Source: Minisyncoccia bacterium
GTDB lineage: Bacteria; Patescibacteriota; Minisyncoccia; Phycocordibacterales; UBA9973
Reading direction: 5' to 3'
Length of the DNA stretch: 39,068 bases
NCBI GenBank assembly: GCA_039809245.1
Contig: JBDHUP010000003.1
Location: 1 to 39,068 of the forward strand
Position 1 is the first letter of the stretch. The number at the start of each line of letters is the position of its first letter. Positions 38,429-39,068 of the stretch are shown piece after piece. Both the position numbers and the translations under genes were made by a program. The notes under the pieces are model-generated. The model saw only the letters and a program-made list of their open reading frames with translations. It was not told the origin of the DNA and ran no database searches.

Positions 38429-39043
38429 ATGAATCCTATAGAGCGCTTAGCCCAACAATTTAAAGAATTCCCAGGTATCGGTGAACGCCAAGCTAAACGC
38501 TTTGTATATTTCTTACTTCACAAAAATCCGAACTATGTAGCTGAATTAAGTAGTGCTATTAGTGTATTAAAAAACACTATTCATCAGTGCCCTTCTTGCT
38601 TTCTTTTCTTTCAATCAGAGAAGAATACTCTTTGTGAGAATTGTAGTAATCCAAAAGTAGACAAGACTTCCCTTTTGATCGTCGAAAAAGATGCTGATTA
38701 TGAAAGTATAAAGAAGAGTAAAACATATAACGGAATGTACTTCATCCTAGGTGGACTTGTGCCTATAGTTACCAAAGATACTCCAACATTTGTTAGAACT
38801 AAAGAATTACTGAAAGCCATAGAAGATAAATCAAAAAATGACAACTTAAAAGAAGTAATAATCGCATTATCACTTAACCCTCAAGGTGAGCATACCGATA
38901 TGTATCTAAGAGAACTACTTTCACCACTTGAAAAGAAATATGGTTTCAATATTGTATCTCTCGGTCGTGGACTTTCCACCGGCACTGAACTTGAATACTC
39001 AGATAGCGAAACAATAAAGAATGCATTAAAAAACCGAGCATAA
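38429..39043 (+). CDS. recR: Recombination mediator RecR
   Basis: PGIG.R.A.R HhH, CxxC-CxxC zinc finger, TOPRIM VE..D, ELEY.D..T. Confidence 0.96.
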   Translation: MNPIERLAQQFKEFPGIGERQAKRFVYFLLHKNPNYVAELSSAISVLKNTIHQCPSCFLFFQSEKNTLCENCSNPKVDKTSLLIVEKDADYESIKKSKTYNGMYFILGGLVPIVTKDTPTFVRTKELLKAIEDKSKNDNLKEVIIALSLNPQGEHTDMYLRELLSPLEKKYGFNIVSLGRGLSTGTELEYSDSETIKNALKNRA

Positions 39044-39068
39044 TAAAACCGCCCAAAAGAATTTGGGC

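Noticed and set aside
39044-39068. Terminator after recR (gcccaaa..tttgggc)
   Set aside because: Plausible but cut off by the window edge, so the U-run cannot be confirmed

Overview
AT-rich bacterial chromosome segment, almost all on the minus strand. Gene content and style (compact genes, split transketolase, short archaeal-type AspRS, coiled-coil cell-wall hydrolases, GxAW..GWI-repeat surface protein, CCTGCCTGC..GCAGGCAGG palindrome) point to a Patescibacteria/CPR, Parcubacteria-like genome (inference). It holds: the F0F1 ATP synthase operon (atpZ/I-B-E-F-H-A-G-D, cut at the left edge) preceded by tRNA-Ile(GAT); an RRM protein, prfA, rpmE and rplY; a sugar-phosphate cluster (fba, PfkB kinase, split tkt, rpe, rpiB, gap) with dapF inserted; two secreted repeat proteins; gatB preceded by tRNA-Leu(TAA); gltX, murG-ftsW-mraY, scpAB and HIT; two paralogous zinc metalloproteases; aspS, trpS, dnaB and recR. 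No CRISPR, integrase or transposase was seen. Main unexplained signals: (1) two copies of one long RNA hairpin with a conserved core and unrelated but still paired outer stems, bracketing atpE; (2) an unannotated 38-aa coiled-coil/transmembrane ORF between atpA and atpG; (3) a tRNA-Leu trailer holding an anti-T-arm sequence and a second tRNA 3' end 4 nt before the gatB ATG; (4) -10 boxes 6-9 nt before about 17 start codons, implying pervasive leaderless mRNA; (5) an ORF-less plus-strand segment with promoter-like, structured and terminator parts (candidate sRNA). All calls are by eye, with no database searches run.
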